From positions 36,580,001-36,644,000 of the forward strand of contig CM052837.1 of the NCBI GenBank assembly GCA_028534125.1: a stretch of DNA of 64,000 nucleotides, written 5' to 3'. Below are positions 61,701-64,000 of the stretch, piece after piece; within the stretch, counting starts at the first letter, position 1, and each line of letters begins with the position of its first letter. This stretch comes from Lama glama. Lineage: Eukaryota. Below the pieces are notes generated by a model. It was not told the origin of the DNA and ran no database searches. It was given only the letters and a program-made list of their open reading frames with translations. The translations under genes were made by a program, and so were the position numbers.

Positions 61701-63341
61701 CCTCGATGCCGGTGGTGTGGGTGAATGAACGCACGTCCTGTCATCTGGCTTTGTCCTGGGGATCTCGGGGACCGCTGGGACCAGCCACCCACACCAGCCC
61801 TTCTCCTGGGAAGAGGGCCCTGTACCCCACCAGGGTCTGTGAGGGCTGCGCTGCCCCCGTGAGAGAGGGTGATTCTGGGGCTGATTTACGGCTGAGCCCA
61901 CGCTGCACCCCTCCCCCACTGCCAGGAGCATCACTTACAGGGTGGGCTGGCCCCGACCTCAGGCCCAGCCAAGGGTCCTTGGCTGCCCTGACCCTCCCTC
62001 CCTGCCCAACCTTTGTGGGTCCTCCCTCCTGAGCCCACCTGCTGCCCGGAGAGAGAGGCAGGGAGGAGAGGATGTGGGGCAGGCGGAGAACGAGGCGGTG
62101 GGGGGCGGTTGTGGTGAGCACGTGCAGGGCTGCCCCTCATACTGGCTGCCCTCCCACTGTCAGCAGGAGGCTAAGTGGCTTTTGGTTTCCCAGAAATGCA
62201 TTTGAACAAGGGCAGCTTGAAACCTCCCAGGGTTCCTGCTTCTCTCGGGGTGAACCAAGGACCCCTTGGCTGGGCCTGTGGTTCTGGGAGCAAAGTCTGC
62301 CCGTCTGGGCCTCCCAGCCACTTACAGCTTCCCAAGGGTGCTGGCCCACCGGGCTCCGGCCTGGCCCCACCTCCCCCAGCCCACTACCATCCCCCGGCCC
62401 ACTCTTGCCCCAGGGCCCCTCCACTGCCCTGCCCCTCCTCCGGGCCTTAAAGGACAAGGCTGGGATGTGCGGCCCTCCCTTCTCTGCCCTGTGCTGCTGT
62501 AGGGAAGGGCTAGGTCCAGAGGGTGAGCCACAAAGCATCCCCACCACACCCAGGTCCCCAGGCTGGGACCCTGTGCTCCAGGGCCTGGCCCGGCATGTCC
62601 TGGGGGGTCAGGCACAGGGGAACCTCCTCCGAAAGGCACAGACACCCCCCACCGAACAGGTCCCTGGCTGGGCCAGGCCTGCAGTGTTTGGGAAATGAAG
62701 GGTGTGGAATGGCCTTCCGGAGCAATAGGCCTCTCCAGGGCAAAACTCCAGGATCAGGGATGCCAACTGCTCCCCGCCTCTCCCCGTGTAAACTCTGCAC
62801 CTGGATTTCGGGGAAATGGGTCCATCCTGTCATTACAGTCCCCCATCCTGGTCCTGGGGGGCCCCAGAGAGGCAAAGAGACCTGCCCACACATTAGGGGG
62901 GACGATTGCTCTCTGCGTCCTGGCCTTGCAAGGATGGTTCCCGCAGGCTACGCTCGGCACGCAACCATCACATCATGCCGGCGTGAGCCCGGGGTGGGGG
63001 TGCCCGAGCTCAACCAGTGCGTGGACTCGGGGTGTCCCACGCACATGCAGCCCCAGCTGCAGGCCTGGGTGGGGGCAGCAAGCACTCTGTCCAAGGTGAC
63101 CTGTCCTTATTACCTGGGGGGCCTGGGGCCTCTGGAAACCCAGCGGCTCCCTCACCACCTGATTTGGGCCCCAAGTCTGGGCAAAGGGACAAAGCCCAGG
63201 AGGCACTGGTGGCATCCAGCCGGCTGGAGGCCCAGGATATGGGGGGGCCACTTGGGTCCCCCTGGAGCACCCCTAGGAACAGTCTGCCTGGCCAGAGAGG
63301 TTGCTGCCTGGCTGTGCGAGGCGCCTCTGTACTGGGCTGGA

Positions 63342-63640
63342 CTAAAAATAGCAGGGGGACGGCAGGGCAGGGACAGCCGGTGGGAGGCCCGTGGGGAGGG
63401 GCCGGGAGGGGCAGCGGACGGACGGCAGCCGGGGCCCAGGACCGGCCGTCAATGGCGCTGGCGCACCCACCCTGTTCCCGGTGGCCGGCCAGCCGCGGCC
63501 CAGCTGACAGGCTATTTTTTCCCCTGCTTGACTAAATATGGTCAGGGAGCACAGCCCGAGGGGGCCGCTTGGCCAGGGCGCGTGTTTGGGATGCTTGGCC
63601 GGGTATATAAGGACTGCAAAGGTGAGGCCGGCCCCTGATC
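63342..63640 (+). promoter_or_regulatory. Candidate muscle-specific TATA promoter (probable miR-1-1/miR-133a-2 host transcript promoter)
   Basis: MEF2 CTAAAAATAG 63342-63351, E-box CAGCTG 63501-63506, CArG-like CTAAATATGG 63532-63541, TATATAAG 63604-63611. Identity of the target gene is inferred from human synteny only. Confidence 0.6.
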
Positions 63641-63911
63641 CGAGGGGGGGCCCACGCCCGCGCTGGCCTCTCAGGTCGGCCCTTCCCTCCCTCCCCTCCC
63701 CCGGCCCGTGTGGGTCTCGCGTGCGGTCAGCCGTTTGCCTGTGTGAGCCTGCAGCCCACGGGACCTTCCCCTTTTGTTCACCTGACCTCTACCTTGTGCT
63801 GACCCCAGCGGGGTGCAGAAGCGTCCTGCAGACACAGCCCAGGCAGGGAGCGCTCAAGGTGTGCGGCGGAAAGGTCGCTCTCCTGAACTCCGCATAGCCT
63901 GCCGCCCCTGC

Positions 63912-63913
<2 letters not shown>

Positions 63914-63950
<37 letters not shown>
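63914..63950 (+). repeat. (CT)18 microsatellite
   Basis: Perfect CT dinucleotide run read directly. Confidence 0.97.
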
Positions 63951-63953
<3 letters not shown>

Positions 63954-64000
63954 ATCTCCCTCCCTGCTAAGTCTTTGCTGCTGCAGGAGGGCTGGGGGAA

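Overview
This is GC-rich mammalian genomic DNA, most likely from a camelid, judging by two tRNA-Ala-derived SINEs of the Vic-1 type. It contains one protein-coding gene, GATA5, on the minus strand. I reconstructed it by hand as a non-coding exon 1 plus six coding exons with canonical GT-AG junctions (541+176+126+88+128+156 = 1215 nt, 404 aa, two C-X2-C-X17-C-X2-C zinc fingers) under a CpG-island promoter. The remaining ~50 kb upstream is gene-free and holds old repeats (L1M, L2, MIR, MLT1 LTRs, hAT MERs) and several dense transcription-factor motif clusters. I see no evidence for a new gene or a new class of biological system; the other long ORFs look like GC-rich artefacts. The best leads are regulatory. 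They are a five-site GATA cluster ~10.7 kb upstream of GATA5, a divergent set of near-perfect CTCF motifs at 28-32 kb that may be a domain boundary, a TATA/GC/CCAAT promoter inside GATA5 intron 2 that would give a one-finger isoform, and a MEF2/E-box/CArG-like/TATA muscle promoter at the right end (by human synteny probably the miR-1-1/miR-133a-2 host promoter). There is also an unusual Met-to-Thr change in the DNA-binding finger. Repeat family names and motif consensus come from recall and were not checked by search.
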